In this document: positions 20,425 to 29,745 of the stretch, piece after piece
Numbering within the stretch: position 1 is the stretch's first letter
Layout of the letters: each line of letters begins with the position of its first letter
From: Steroidobacteraceae bacterium
GTDB taxonomy: Bacteria; Pseudomonadota; Gammaproteobacteria; Steroidobacterales; Steroidobacteraceae
DNA length: 64,000 nt
Assembly: GCA_036271535.1 (NCBI GenBank)
Contig: DATBAM010000022.1
Location: 3,784 to 67,783 of the forward strand
Direction of reading: 5' to 3'
Position numbers and translations under genes: made by a program
Notes under the pieces: model-generated
The model's database searches: none
Told to the model about the DNA's origin: nothing
Seen by the model: the letters and a program-made list of their open reading frames with translations, nothing else

Positions 20425-21897
20425 AGACGGGCGTTTGCCCGAGCGCAGTGCGCTGTTGCGATAGCCGTAGCAGAAGTAGATGACGAAGCCGATCAGGCTC
20501 CACACCAGCAGTCGCCACCAGGTGGCATTGGGTAGCGAATACGCCATGCCGCTGCAGAACAGAACGCCGGCGGGAGCCACGAACCAGATCGCGGGCACCT
20601 TGAATTTGCGCTCGAGATCAGGCCGCGCGAATCGCAGCACGACGACACCGATGCAGACCACGATGAACGCCACCAGTGTGCCGATCGACACCAGTTCGCC
20701 CAGCAGTCCGATCGGCAGCAGGCCGGCGGCGGCCGCGGCACACAGTCCGGTGAGCGCGGTCGATTTATAGGGCGTATGGAACCGCGGATGAATGGCGCCG
20801 AAGAACGACGGCAGCAGGCCATCGCGCGACATCGTCAGCCAGATGCGCGCCTGGGGAATGATCATCGTCAGCATCACTGACGTCAGTCCTGCGAGGGCAC
20901 CGACGATGACGAAGTTCTTGAGCCAGGCCAATTGCGGATGCGGTTCGAGTGCCGCGGCCACGGGTGCCGCGGTGTTGAGTTTGTCGAGCGGCACCAGACC
21001 GGTCATGACCGAGGACATCAGAATGTAGAGCACGGTGCAGATCGCGAGACTGCCGAGCATACCCAGCGGAATGCTGCGCGCCGGATTCTTCGCCTCCTGA
21101 GCGACGGTCGAGACGCCGTCGAAGCCGATGTAGGCGAAAAATATGATCGCCGAGGCCTGCACTACGCCGCTCCAGCCGAAGACGCCGAACGTGCCGGTGT
21201 TGGGCGGAATGTAGGGATGCCAGAGCTTCGTATCGACGTACATCGCCCCGAAAGCAATGACTGCCAGCACGATGGCCAGCTTGATAGCCACGATGACGAT
21301 GTTGACGACTGCGGACTCCTTGATGCCCTTGTAGCAGATGGCAGTGGCGACCGCGACGATGCCGATGGCCGGCACATTGATGATTGCGCCGGTGGCATGC
21401 ACATCGAAGCCTGCACCGGCCGCGGCCAGCGGAGCGCTGGTCAGCGACTCCGGCATCCGAAGATGGAATACGCTCAGCAGCGACACGAAGTAGCGGCTCC
21501 AGCCGACCGCCACGGTCGCACACGCCATCATGTATTCGAGGATGAGATTCCAGCCGACGAACCAGGCAACCAGTTCGCCTAAGGTCGCGTAGCTGTAGGC
21601 ATAGGCGCTGCCGGCGACGGGGACCATGGCCGCGAATTCCGAATAGCACAGGCCTGCAAACATGCAGCCGAGTCCGGCGATGATGAACGAAATGACGATC
21701 GCGGGACCGGCGTGCTCGGCCGCAGCCAGTCCCGTCAGCACGAAGATGCCGGTGCCGATGATGGCGCCGATGCCGAAGGCGATCAGTGACGGCGTACCCA
21801 GCGCACGCACCAGATGCTTGGCTGAGGCTTCGGCCTGGTAGTCCGCGATCGGCTTGGTCGCGAAGACACCGGACGGCGTCACGGCGGGTTTGTCCAT
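20398..21897 (-). CDS. APC-superfamily amino acid permease (cationic amino acid transporter-like)
   Basis: 499 aa with about 12-14 TM helices; N-terminal GTPSLIAFGIGAIIGTGIFVLTG signature. Confidence 0.85.
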   Translation of the reverse strand: MDKPAVTPSGVFATKPIADYQAEASAKHLVRALGTPSLIAFGIGAIIGTGIFVLTGLAAAEHAGPAIVISFIIAGLGCMFAGLCYSEFAAMVPVAGSAYAYSYATLGELVAWFVGWNLILEYMMACATVAVGWSRYFVSLLSVFHLRMPESLTSAPLAAAGAGFDVHATGAIINVPAIGIVAVATAICYKGIKESAVVNIVIVAIKLAIVLAVIAFGAMYVDTKLWHPYIPPNTGTFGVFGWSGVVQASAIIFFAYIGFDGVSTVAQEAKNPARSIPLGMLGSLAICTVLYILMSSVMTGLVPLDKLNTAAPVAAALEPHPQLAWLKNFVIVGALAGLTSVMLTMIIPQARIWLTMSRDGLLPSFFGAIHPRFHTPYKSTALTGLCAAAAAGLLPIGLLGELVSIGTLVAFIVVCIGVVVLRFARPDLERKFKVPAIWFVAPAGVLFCSGMAYSLPNATWWRLLVWSLIGFVIYFCYGYRNSALRSGKRPSLTSDADVH

Positions 21898-21945
21898 GCG
21901 AGCAGTCCTAGGGCGATGATCCGCCTGATTGTAGTTGGATGGACT

Positions 21946-22746
21946 CTACACGCTGCGCAGATCGGCCGGTACCTGCGGGGCAATCGCTTCCAGCATCGCG
22001 TCGTACACTTTTGGCGAGCCGGCGACGATGTTTGCACCAAGCTTGTACTCATCGCCCCCGAGTGTGCCGACGCGGCCCCCGGCCTCGACCACCATCAGCG
22101 CGCCGGCGGCGGTATCCCACGGCTTCAGACCCAGCTCCCAGAAGCCATCCGTGCGTCCGGCAGCGACATAAGCCAGGTCCAGCGACGCCGCGCCCGGGCG
22201 GCGGATGCCGGCCGTCAGCGTCGTCAGCGTGCGGAACATGGCGAAATAGTTGTCCGCGTAGGGCTCGTCCTGGCGATAGGGAAATCCGGTCGACAGCAAC
22301 GAGCCTTCGAGGCCACGCTGCTTGCTGACGCGAATGCGGCGGTTCTCCAGGTGTGCGCCACCGCCCCGGACGGCCGTGAAGACCTCCTGGCGCATCGGGT
22401 CATAGACAACCCCGATTTCCAGTCGCCCGCGCTGCTGGACCGCGATCGACACCGCGAAGGTTGGAAACCCGTGCAGGAAGTTGGTCGTGCCGTCGAGCGG
22501 ATCGATGATCCAGACCGTCTCGCTCTGGCCGCTGCTGCCGCTTTCCTCCGCGAGGATCGCGTGGTCGGGATAAAGCTTGTGGATGGACTCGATGATGTCG
22601 CGCTCGGCAGCGCGATCGACGTCGCTGACGTAGTCGTTGCGTCCCTTCGAGGTGATCTCGAGGCTCTCCAGCCGGACGAGACTTCGAACGATGATTTCGC
22701 CGGCGCGGCGTGCCGCCTTGACGGCGATGTTGAGCAGCGGATGCAT
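21946..22746 (-). CDS. suhB: Inositol monophosphatase SuhB
   Basis: Motifs ILAEESG and WIIDPLDGTTNF. Divergent from trmJ, as in E. coli. Confidence 0.92.
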   Translation of the reverse strand: MHPLLNIAVKAARRAGEIIVRSLVRLESLEITSKGRNDYVSDVDRAAERDIIESIHKLYPDHAILAEESGSSGQSETVWIIDPLDGTTNFLHGFPTFAVSIAVQQRGRLEIGVVYDPMRQEVFTAVRGGGAHLENRRIRVSKQRGLEGSLLSTGFPYRQDEPYADNYFAMFRTLTTLTAGIRRPGAASLDLAYVAAGRTDGFWELGLKPWDTAAGALMVVEAGGRVGTLGGDEYKLGANIVAGSPKVYDAMLEAIAPQVPADLRSV

Positions 22747-22768
22747 GGGAGTATTAGGATATCAGGTC

Positions 22769-23524
22769 GTGTCCACTTCCATTCGTATCGTACTCGTCGA
22801 GACCTCGCATCCCGGCAACATCGGTGCCGTCGCGCGGGCGATGAAGAACATGTCGCTCGATGAACTGGTGCTGGTCAATCCCCGGCAGTTTCCGCATCCG
22901 GAAGCCACCGCGCGCGCCTCGGGAGCCGAGGACGTGCTGACACAGGCGCGTGTCACCGACAGCCTGAGCGCGGCGCTGCAGGGCTGCGGGCTGATTCTGG
23001 CGTCCACCAGCCGCGAGCGGGGCGATCAGTATCTGCGCGTCACCGATGCACGCGAAGCGGCTCGGCGCGCGGTGACGCATGACGACGGATCGCCGGTCGC
23101 GATCCTGTTCGGTACCGAGCGCACGGGCCTGACGACCGAGGAATTGCGCTACGCGCACGCGCTGCTGGCGATTCCGGCGAATCCCGTCTATCCGTCGCTC
23201 AATCTCGCGATGGCGGTACAGATCGTCGCCTATGAAATTCTGTGCGCGCGTCTGGAGAACGGACAGCGCTCCGCGCGCACTATTGCCTCTTCATCAGTGC
23301 CGCTGGCCGACCCGGAGGAACTCGATCGCATGTACGCGCACCTGGCCGAAGTGCTCGAGGAGATCGATTTCCGCGATCGAACGCAGAGCGGCGTGCACCT
23401 CATGAGACGCTTGCGCCGCTTTCTGCAGCGGGCCGAGCCGGACATCAACGAAGTGCATATCCTGCGGGGAATCCTAACGGCCATACAGCAACGGCGGCGG
23501 AGGGCGATGCCTCATGGACAGTGA
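22769..23524 (+). CDS. trmJ: tRNA (cytidine/uridine-2'-O)-methyltransferase TrmJ
   Basis: SPOUT N-terminus IRIVLVETSHPGNIGAVARAMKNM. GTG at 22769 is preceded by AGGA; an in-frame ATG at 22745 is an alternative start. Confidence 0.85.
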   Translation: MSTSIRIVLVETSHPGNIGAVARAMKNMSLDELVLVNPRQFPHPEATARASGAEDVLTQARVTDSLSAALQGCGLILASTSRERGDQYLRVTDAREAARRAVTHDDGSPVAILFGTERTGLTTEELRYAHALLAIPANPVYPSLNLAMAVQIVAYEILCARLENGQRSARTIASSSVPLADPEELDRMYAHLAEVLEEIDFRDRTQSGVHLMRRLRRFLQRAEPDINEVHILRGILTAIQQRRRRAMPHGQ

Positions 23525-24674
23525 GTTTCCGGTCTATCTCGATTACGCCGCGACCACGCCGTGCGATCCGCGGGTTGCTGCCGCCATGCAGGCCTGCCTG
23601 ACGATCGACGGTGTGTTCGGCAATCCGGCCTCGGGCCATGCGTACGGCCGCGTGGCGCGCGCGCGGGTGGAACAGGCGCGTGCCCAGGTGGCGGCGCTGA
23701 TTCACGCGCCGGCGCCGCAGCTGGTGTGGACATCCGGATCAACCGAGGCGAACAACCTGGCAATCCTCGGTACCGCACGCGCGCTGCGTTCGCGCGGCCG
23801 GCACCTGATCACGGTCCGTACCGAGCACAAGTCGGTGCTCGATCCGTGCCGGCATCTGCAGCAGGAAGGTTTCGAGGTCACGTATCTCGCTCCCGACCGG
23901 GACGGATTGATCGCGACCGAGCAGGTCCGGGAGGCGCTGCGGCCGGATACGTTACTGGTATCGGTGATGCACGCCAACAACGAGATCGGCGTGTTGCAGC
24001 CGATCGAGACGATCGGTGACCTGTGCCGTGCAAAGGGCGTGGCACTGCATGTCGACGCTTCGCAGAGCGCGGGCAAAGTGCGCATCGACGTCGCGCAGTT
24101 ACGATGCGATCTGCTGTCGCTGACCGCGCACAAGCTCTACGGCCCGAAGGGTATCGGCGCGCTGTATTTCGCCGCCGAGCGGCGCGCCAGTCTGCAGCCG
24201 CTGACCTTTGGTGGCGGTCACGAGCGGGGTCTGCGATCCGGCACGCTGCCGGTGCACCAGATCGTGGGTTTCGGTGCCGCCTGCGAGCTGGCAGCCGCGT
24301 CCCTTGCCGACGATGCGGCGCATAGCCAGCGCCTGCGCGACCTGCTGTGGGCGGGTTTGCGGCGCATTCCCGACGTCCTGCTGAACGGACATCCGACACA
24401 GCGGATCGGCAATATTCTCAACGTTTCGTTTCCCGGCGTGGAAGGCGAGAGCCTGCTGATGGGTCTTACCGAGCTCGCGATTTCCACCGGTTCCGCATGC
24501 AATTCGGACAGCGACGAGCCTTCCTACGTGTTGCGGGCCCTGGGCAGGGATACGGAACTGGCGCAGAGCTCGCTGCGATTCAGCGTCGGCCGCTTCAGCA
24601 GCGAGGCCGACGTCGCAGTGGCAGTCGCTGCCGTCAGCCGGGAAGTGCAACGGCTGCGGGCCGCCGCAGCATGA
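23514..24674 (+). CDS. iscS: Cysteine desulfurase (IscS/NifS family)
   Basis: PLP-fold motifs (SGSTEANN, ...LTAHKLYGPKGIGAL...) and the active-site loop STGSACNS. At 386 aa it is shorter than E. coli IscS. Overlaps the trmJ stop by 11 nt. Confidence 0.85.
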   Translation: MDSEFPVYLDYAATTPCDPRVAAAMQACLTIDGVFGNPASGHAYGRVARARVEQARAQVAALIHAPAPQLVWTSGSTEANNLAILGTARALRSRGRHLITVRTEHKSVLDPCRHLQQEGFEVTYLAPDRDGLIATEQVREALRPDTLLVSVMHANNEIGVLQPIETIGDLCRAKGVALHVDASQSAGKVRIDVAQLRCDLLSLTAHKLYGPKGIGALYFAAERRASLQPLTFGGGHERGLRSGTLPVHQIVGFGAACELAAASLADDAAHSQRLRDLLWAGLRRIPDVLLNGHPTQRIGNILNVSFPGVEGESLLMGLTELAISTGSACNSDSDEPSYVLRALGRDTELAQSSLRFSVGRFSSEADVAVAVAAVSREVQRLRAAAA

Positions 24675-24681
24675 CTTTCCC

Positions 24682-25071
24682 ATGATCGACGACCCGCTGG
24701 CGAGCGCCGTACGCCAGCTGTTCGTGGATCTGCGGCATGCCGGAACGCCCGACCTGTCGCCGGCACTTCAGGCCGGCATCCAGCGCCTGGCTGGAGAAGC
24801 CGGACGGGAGCAGCGCGGCACGCGCGTGCGCTTCGTCGTCACGCGCACAGCAGAGGCAATCAGCACGGCTCGCTTTGCAGCTTACGGATGCCCTCATACC
24901 CTGGCCGCGTGCGAGTGGCTCTGCCGCGAACTCGAAGCCGGGCGCCAGGGATCCATCGGAGGGCCCTCGGACTGGTGTCGAACCCTCGGCATCCCCATTG
25001 TGAAACTGGGACGGCTGCTGGTGGTTGAGGACGCCCTGAATGCTGCTATGCAGCATATTTCTGTCCGTTAG
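24682..25071 (+). CDS. IscU-like protein with degenerate cluster-ligand set
   Basis: 129 aa. ARFAAYGCPHTLAACEWL aligns with IscU ARFKTYGCGSAIASSSLV, and IPIVKLGRLLVVEDALNAA aligns with LPPVKIHCSILAEDAIKAA. It sits at the iscU position between iscS and iscA. Confidence 0.55.
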   Translation: MIDDPLASAVRQLFVDLRHAGTPDLSPALQAGIQRLAGEAGREQRGTRVRFVVTRTAEAISTARFAAYGCPHTLAACEWLCRELEAGRQGSIGGPSDWCRTLGIPIVKLGRLLVVEDALNAAMQHISVR

Positions 25072-25119
25072 GGCGGTGACCGAAAGCGTAGTAAAATGAA
25101 TCAACTGGAGAAATGACCG

Positions 25120-25443
25120 ATGTCCGTATCGTTGAGCGATTCCGCCGCAGAGCGCATCCGCACCCGCCTGGCGAGCCGTGGACGCGGTGTGGGCCTGCGC
25201 CTCGGGGTCAAGGCCAGCGGCTGCTCGGGTTTCAGCTACGTGGTTGATTACGCCGATGAAATCCGTCCGGACGACCTGGTGTTCGAGAGTGCCGGGGTAC
25301 GGGTGATCGTCGATCCGGCCAGCCTGGCCAGCGTCGACGGCACGCGAATCGATTTCGTGCGTCAGGGACTCAACGAGAGTTTCCGCTTCGACAACCCGAA
25401 CGTGCGCGGGGAATGCGGCTGCGGCGAGAGCTTCACCGTCTAG
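25120..25443 (+). CDS. iscA: Iron-sulfur cluster insertion protein (A-type carrier, IscA/ErpA family)
   Basis: 107 aa; GCSGF...C-terminal GECGCGESF motif. Confidence 0.9.
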   Translation: MSVSLSDSAAERIRTRLASRGRGVGLRLGVKASGCSGFSYVVDYADEIRPDDLVFESAGVRVIVDPASLASVDGTRIDFVRQGLNESFRFDNPNVRGECGCGESFTV

Positions 25444-25542
25444 CCCGCCACCGCCTGGAGGCGCCGTCGGGCTTGAAAAACCTGACAGGATGGGGCGCTC
25501 GACCCACTATACTGCGGCCCCTTTTTGGCACGGAGATTCCGC

Positions 25543-25968
25543 ATGGCGCTCGAGCGTACCCTGTCGATTGTCAAACCCGATGGCGTCACCCGCAACCTGA
25601 TCGGCAACGTCTATCAACGCTTCGAGAAGGCCGGGCTGCGTATCGTTGCCGCGCGCATGCTGCACCTGTCGCAGCAGCAGGCCGAACTGTTCTACGAGGT
25701 CCACAAGGAGCGTCCGTTCTACAAGGATCTGGTGCGCTACATGACCTCCGGCCCCGTGATCGCGCAGGTGCTCGAAGGCGACGGAGCGATCGCGAAGAAC
25801 CGCGACCTCATGGGTGCCACGGATCCGAAGAAGGCCACAGCCGGAACCATTCGCGCGGATCTGGCACAGAGCATCGAAGCAAACGTGGTGCATGGTTCGG
25901 ATGCGCCGGATACTGCGGCCCGCGAGATCGCATTCTTCTTCAGTGCTACCGAGATCTGCCCGCGCTGA
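25543..25968 (+). CDS. ndk: Nucleoside diphosphate kinase
   Basis: [14 protein letters not shown]... and NVVHGSD active site. ATG at 25543 is preceded by GGAG. Confidence 0.95.
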   Translation: MALERTLSIVKPDGVTRNLIGNVYQRFEKAGLRIVAARMLHLSQQQAELFYEVHKERPFYKDLVRYMTSGPVIAQVLEGDGAIAKNRDLMGATDPKKATAGTIRADLAQSIEANVVHGSDAPDTAAREIAFFFSATEICPR

Positions 25969-26005
25969 GTGCAGCGGCAGAACGACGCGGCCAGGTGAGA
26001 CGGCA

Positions 26006-27142
26006 ATGATCGAGGGCGCATCGGGCGACGACGATAAGCGGTGCAATCTGCTCGGTCTGCCGCGTGCCGAACTCGAAGCATTCTGCGGCGAACTGGGATC
26101 GAAGCCTTTTCGCGCGCGTCAGTTGATGAACTGGCTCTACAAGCGCGGTTGCGACAAGTTCGACGACATGACCGATCTGGCGCTGGACTTCCGCGCCGCG
26201 CTCAAAGGGCGTGCCGAGGTCCGTCTGCCCGAGATCATCACCGTGCAGCGCGCGACCGATGGCACCTGCAAATGGCTGCTGCGTGCCGATCAGTCGCAGG
26301 CGTTCGAGATGGTCTACATCCCGGAGACCGATCGCGGCACGCTGTGCATCTCATCGCAGGTGGGGTGTGCGCTCGACTGCGCGTTCTGCTCGACCGCGCA
26401 GCAGGGTTTCAATCGCAACCTGACCACGGCGGAGATCGTCGGCCAGGTCTGGCTCGCCAGTCGCGAGCTGGGGTTCCACCCGGGCGGCAATCGCATCATC
26501 ACCAACGTGGTGCTGATGGGCATGGGGGAACCGCTGGCCAATTTCCGCAATGTGATCCCAGCCTGCCGTCTCTTCCTCGACGATCTGGGGTTCGATCTGT
26601 CGCGTCGGCGTGTCACGCTGTCCACCTCGGGTCTGGTGCCGCAGATCTACCGCCTCGCCCGGGAGATCAATGTCGCGCTGGCGGTGTCGCTGCATGCACC
26701 CGACGATGTGTTGCGCGACCGGCTGGTACCTATCAACCGGCTGCACCCGATCGCCGAACTGCTCGATGCCTGCTGGCACTACATCGACGAGCAGAACGGA
26801 CGCAGCGTCACGTTCGAATACGTGATGCTGGAGGCAGTCAACGATTCGGTTGCCCAGGCGCGAGCGCTGGCCCGACTGCTGGCGGGGCACCCCGCCAAAG
26901 TGAATCTCATTCCCTTCAATCCGTTCCCCGGCACGTCATTTCGACGGTCGGGCGATGATGTCATCCTCCGTTTCCGCGATACTCTCAATCAGGGGGGCGT
27001 CATTGCCACCGTGCGGCGCACGCGCGGCGATGACATCGATGCCGCCTGCGGTCAGCTCGTAGGTAGGGTGAAGGACAGAACCGTGGTCAGACTCGGAACC
27101 AAAATGGCGGCCGCGCACGAGCGCGCCGTCGGTGTCGTATGA
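26006..27142 (+). CDS. rlmN: 23S rRNA/tRNA m2A methyltransferase RlmN (radical SAM)
   Basis: ...KPFRARQLMNWLYKRG... and the radical-SAM CALDCAFC motif. The track ORF is trimmed to the ATG at 26006, downstream of ndk. Confidence 0.92.
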   Translation: MIEGASGDDDKRCNLLGLPRAELEAFCGELGSKPFRARQLMNWLYKRGCDKFDDMTDLALDFRAALKGRAEVRLPEIITVQRATDGTCKWLLRADQSQAFEMVYIPETDRGTLCISSQVGCALDCAFCSTAQQGFNRNLTTAEIVGQVWLASRELGFHPGGNRIITNVVLMGMGEPLANFRNVIPACRLFLDDLGFDLSRRRVTLSTSGLVPQIYRLAREINVALAVSLHAPDDVLRDRLVPINRLHPIAELLDACWHYIDEQNGRSVTFEYVMLEAVNDSVAQARALARLLAGHPAKVNLIPFNPFPGTSFRRSGDDVILRFRDTLNQGGVIATVRRTRGDDIDAACGQLVGRVKDRTVVRLGTKMAAAHERAVGVV

Positions 27143-27954
27143 AACATGCGATCTTCGTGATCGCCGCATTGTCGCTAAGCCTCGGGGCGTGCCACAGCAA
27201 GCCGACCGTCAATCCGAATCTGACGCAGTCGTCGCAACGGCCTGCACCGGGCACCCCCGGCAATCCCACCAACACCCAGCGCGCCGCGGCCGCCCGGGTC
27301 AACATCCAGTTGGGCCTCGGCTATCTGCAGGAGGGCAATCTCCAGTACGCCAAGGAGAAGCTCGACAAGGCCCGTAGCGAAGACCCGGATCTGCCGGAGC
27401 TGCACGGCGCCATGGCGCTGCTGGACCAGCGGCTGGGTCGCGACAAGGAAGCCGACAAGGAATTTCGCGACGCGCTGAAGGCCAATCCGAACGATCCGTC
27501 GATGCTCAACAACTACGCCGTGTTCCTTTGCAGCCACGGGAAACCCGACGATGGCGTCAGGAACTTCGAGCGTGCCGCCACCAATCCGCTCTATTCGACG
27601 CCGTGGGCGGCCTATACGAACGCCGGCGTGTGTCTGCATGCGGCGCATCGCGATGACGAGGCGGCCGCGCGCTTCGACCGCGCGCTGCGTTCCAATCCTG
27701 CGTATTCCGAGGCCGTGTTTCAGGCGTCGAGTCTGGACCTGAGCCTGCAAAAGCTTGCCGATGCGCGCCTGCGGATCGACTTGTTCCTGCTCAGCAATCC
27801 CTCGACACCGGATCTGCTGCTGCTCGCATGGCAGATCGCCGATGCCCAGCACGATCAGGCTGCGCAACTGCGCTATGCGGCGCGGCTGGGGCGTGAATTT
27901 CCGAATTCGGATCAGGCTCGAGCGCTCGCGAACGCCCGGGCTCACCCTGGATGA
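27139..27954 (+). CDS. pilW: Type IV pilus biogenesis/stability TPR lipoprotein PilW (PilF-like)
   Basis: Lipobox (LSLGAC) and TPR repeats. It occupies the conserved slot between rlmN and rodZ in pseudomonads and xanthomonads. Confidence 0.7.
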   Translation: MKHAIFVIAALSLSLGACHSKPTVNPNLTQSSQRPAPGTPGNPTNTQRAAAARVNIQLGLGYLQEGNLQYAKEKLDKARSEDPDLPELHGAMALLDQRLGRDKEADKEFRDALKANPNDPSMLNNYAVFLCSHGKPDDGVRNFERAATNPLYSTPWAAYTNAGVCLHAAHRDDEAAARFDRALRSNPAYSEAVFQASSLDLSLQKLADARLRIDLFLLSNPSTPDLLLLAWQIADAQHDQAAQLRYAARLGREFPNSDQARALANARAHPG

Positions 27955-27957
27955 ACG

Positions 27958-28428
27958 ATGACCGGGTCCGATGGCCAAGCGTTCCCGGCCGATCCCGGCC
28001 TGCGTCTTCGGACAGCGCGGGTGCAGGCAGGATTGTCCGTGGCCGAGGCCGCCAAACGTCTGCGGCTGCCGCCGGATACGCTGCAGGCACTCGAAGCCGG
28101 TCATCTGCAGGCGCTCGGTGCCTCGGTCATCGTGCGCGGACATCTGCGTCGCTATGCGGCGATGATGGGACTCCCCGAACAGGAGATCCTGCAGGGCTAC
28201 GATGCCTCGACCGGGCGGCTCACGCAGCCGGACCTTCGCCAGGTAGTGACCGATCCGGCGGTCCGGTCCGGGGTGCGACGCGCGGCGTTGCGACCTCGGC
28301 ACGCGGTCGTCGCTGCCATCGTGATCGTGCTGCTGGCGCTGGTGTCATGGGCCCGGCACTACGCACCGAAGACCGCCGCGCTGCAGTCGCCGGCCATCAC
28401 GTCGCCATCGCGCGATCCGATGCCCTGA
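27958..28428 (+). CDS. rodZ: RodZ-like HTH membrane protein (short form: HTH plus one TM only)
   Basis: LRTARVQAGLSVAEAAKRLRLPPDTLQALEAG...VRGHLRRYAAMMGLPEQEIL aligns with the RodZ N-terminus. TM helix AVVAAIVIVLLALVSW. Only 156 aa. Confidence 0.7.
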   Translation: MTGSDGQAFPADPGLRLRTARVQAGLSVAEAAKRLRLPPDTLQALEAGHLQALGASVIVRGHLRRYAAMMGLPEQEILQGYDASTGRLTQPDLRQVVTDPAVRSGVRRAALRPRHAVVAAIVIVLLALVSWARHYAPKTAALQSPAITSPSRDPMP

Positions 28429-28450
28429 AGCGGTCGAATTCTCCGGAGGA

Positions 28451-29722
28451 GTGTTGAGCAAGCAGATTCAGCCGGTACGCGGCATGAACGACGTTCTACC
28501 CGCGCAGTCCGGCGTGTGGCAGCACCTCGAACGCGTGGCGCGGGGGCTGTTCGAAGCTTATGGCTACGAAGAAGTGCGCGTGCCGATCGTGGAGCACACC
28601 GAGCTTTTCAAGCGATCGATCGGCGAGCAAACCGACATCGTCGAGAAAGAGATGTACACCTTCCAGGATCTGGGCGGCGATAGCCTGACGCTGCGCCCGG
28701 AAGCGACCGCCGGGATCGTGCGCGCGGCCATCTCCAACGGCCTGCTGCGCGGCGCCCGCCTCAAGCTGTGGTGCCAGGGCCCGATGTTCCGGCATGAAAA
28801 GCCGCAGAGAGGGCGCTATCGGCAGTTCAATCAAATGGACGTCGAGGCGATCGGTTTTGCCGGCCCCGATGTCGACGTCGAACTGATCGCGCTGACGGCC
28901 CGGCTGTGGCGCGAGCTCAAGCTGTCGCGCGTGCGGCTGCAGATCAACTCATTGGGCACGCCTGCGGCGCGCGCGGTCTACCGCGAGCGGCTGGTGGAAT
29001 ATCTGCGGGGGCGCGAGAGCGAGCTGGACGAGGACAGCCGGCGCCGGTTGCAGGGCAATCCGCTGCGCATCCTCGACAGCAAGAACCCGGCTATGCGCGC
29101 GGTGGTCGAGCAGGCGCCGGTGCTGTCGGATTTCCTCGACGCGGAGTCGCAGGCTCATTTCGCCGGATTGCGCGCGGGGCTGGATGCGCTCGGGATCGCC
29201 TATGAGGTCAACCCGCGGCTGGTGCGCGGCCTGGACTATTATTCGCGCACGGTATTCGAGTGGGTCACCGACGCGCTCGGATCGCAGGATGCGGTCTGCT
29301 CCGGGGGGCGCTACGACGGCCTGACGGCGCAGCTCGGCGGCGAGGCGACACCGGCGATCGGCTTCGCGATGGGCGTCGAGCGGGTGGTGGAGTTGATTGC
29401 GGCGACCGAGGCCGAGGTGCCGGGGCCGCGACCGGAGGTCTACATCGTTGCCAGCGGCGAGCGGGCGGAGCGCGAGGCGCTGCGCATCGCCGAGCAGCTG
29501 CGTGACGCCCTGCCGGGCCGCGGCGTGCTGCTCAATCTGGGTGGTGGCAATTTCAAGGCACAATTCCGGCGTGCGGACCGCAGCGGAGCGCGGCTGGCAC
29601 TCATACTGGGCGACACCGAACTCGACCGGGGTGTAGTCGCCATCAAAACTTTGCGCGATGAGGCCAGTCAGATCGACTGTCCAATCGGCGAACTGGCAGC
29701 ACGAATCGCGTCCGGGTCCTGA
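28451..29722 (+). CDS. hisS: Histidine--tRNA ligase
   Basis: Class II motifs (QPVRGMNDVLP, MFRHEKPQRGRYRQF, GGGRYDGL); 423 aa. GTG start as in the track; TTG at 28454 is also possible. Confidence 0.95.
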   Translation: MLSKQIQPVRGMNDVLPAQSGVWQHLERVARGLFEAYGYEEVRVPIVEHTELFKRSIGEQTDIVEKEMYTFQDLGGDSLTLRPEATAGIVRAAISNGLLRGARLKLWCQGPMFRHEKPQRGRYRQFNQMDVEAIGFAGPDVDVELIALTARLWRELKLSRVRLQINSLGTPAARAVYRERLVEYLRGRESELDEDSRRRLQGNPLRILDSKNPAMRAVVEQAPVLSDFLDAESQAHFAGLRAGLDALGIAYEVNPRLVRGLDYYSRTVFEWVTDALGSQDAVCSGGRYDGLTAQLGGEATPAIGFAMGVERVVELIAATEAEVPGPRPEVYIVASGERAEREALRIAEQLRDALPGRGVLLNLGGGNFKAQFRRADRSGARLALILGDTELDRGVVAIKTLRDEASQIDCPIGELAARIASGS

Positions 29723-29745
29723 CGCGACGGATGGGAGATTGAGCG

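Noticed and set aside
25444-25542. Candidate ndk promoter (TTGAAA ... TATACT) and hairpin after iscA
   Set aside because: The spacing between the hexamers is far outside 16-18 nt (about 29 nt), and the GCCCG...CGGGC stem is short with a large loop.
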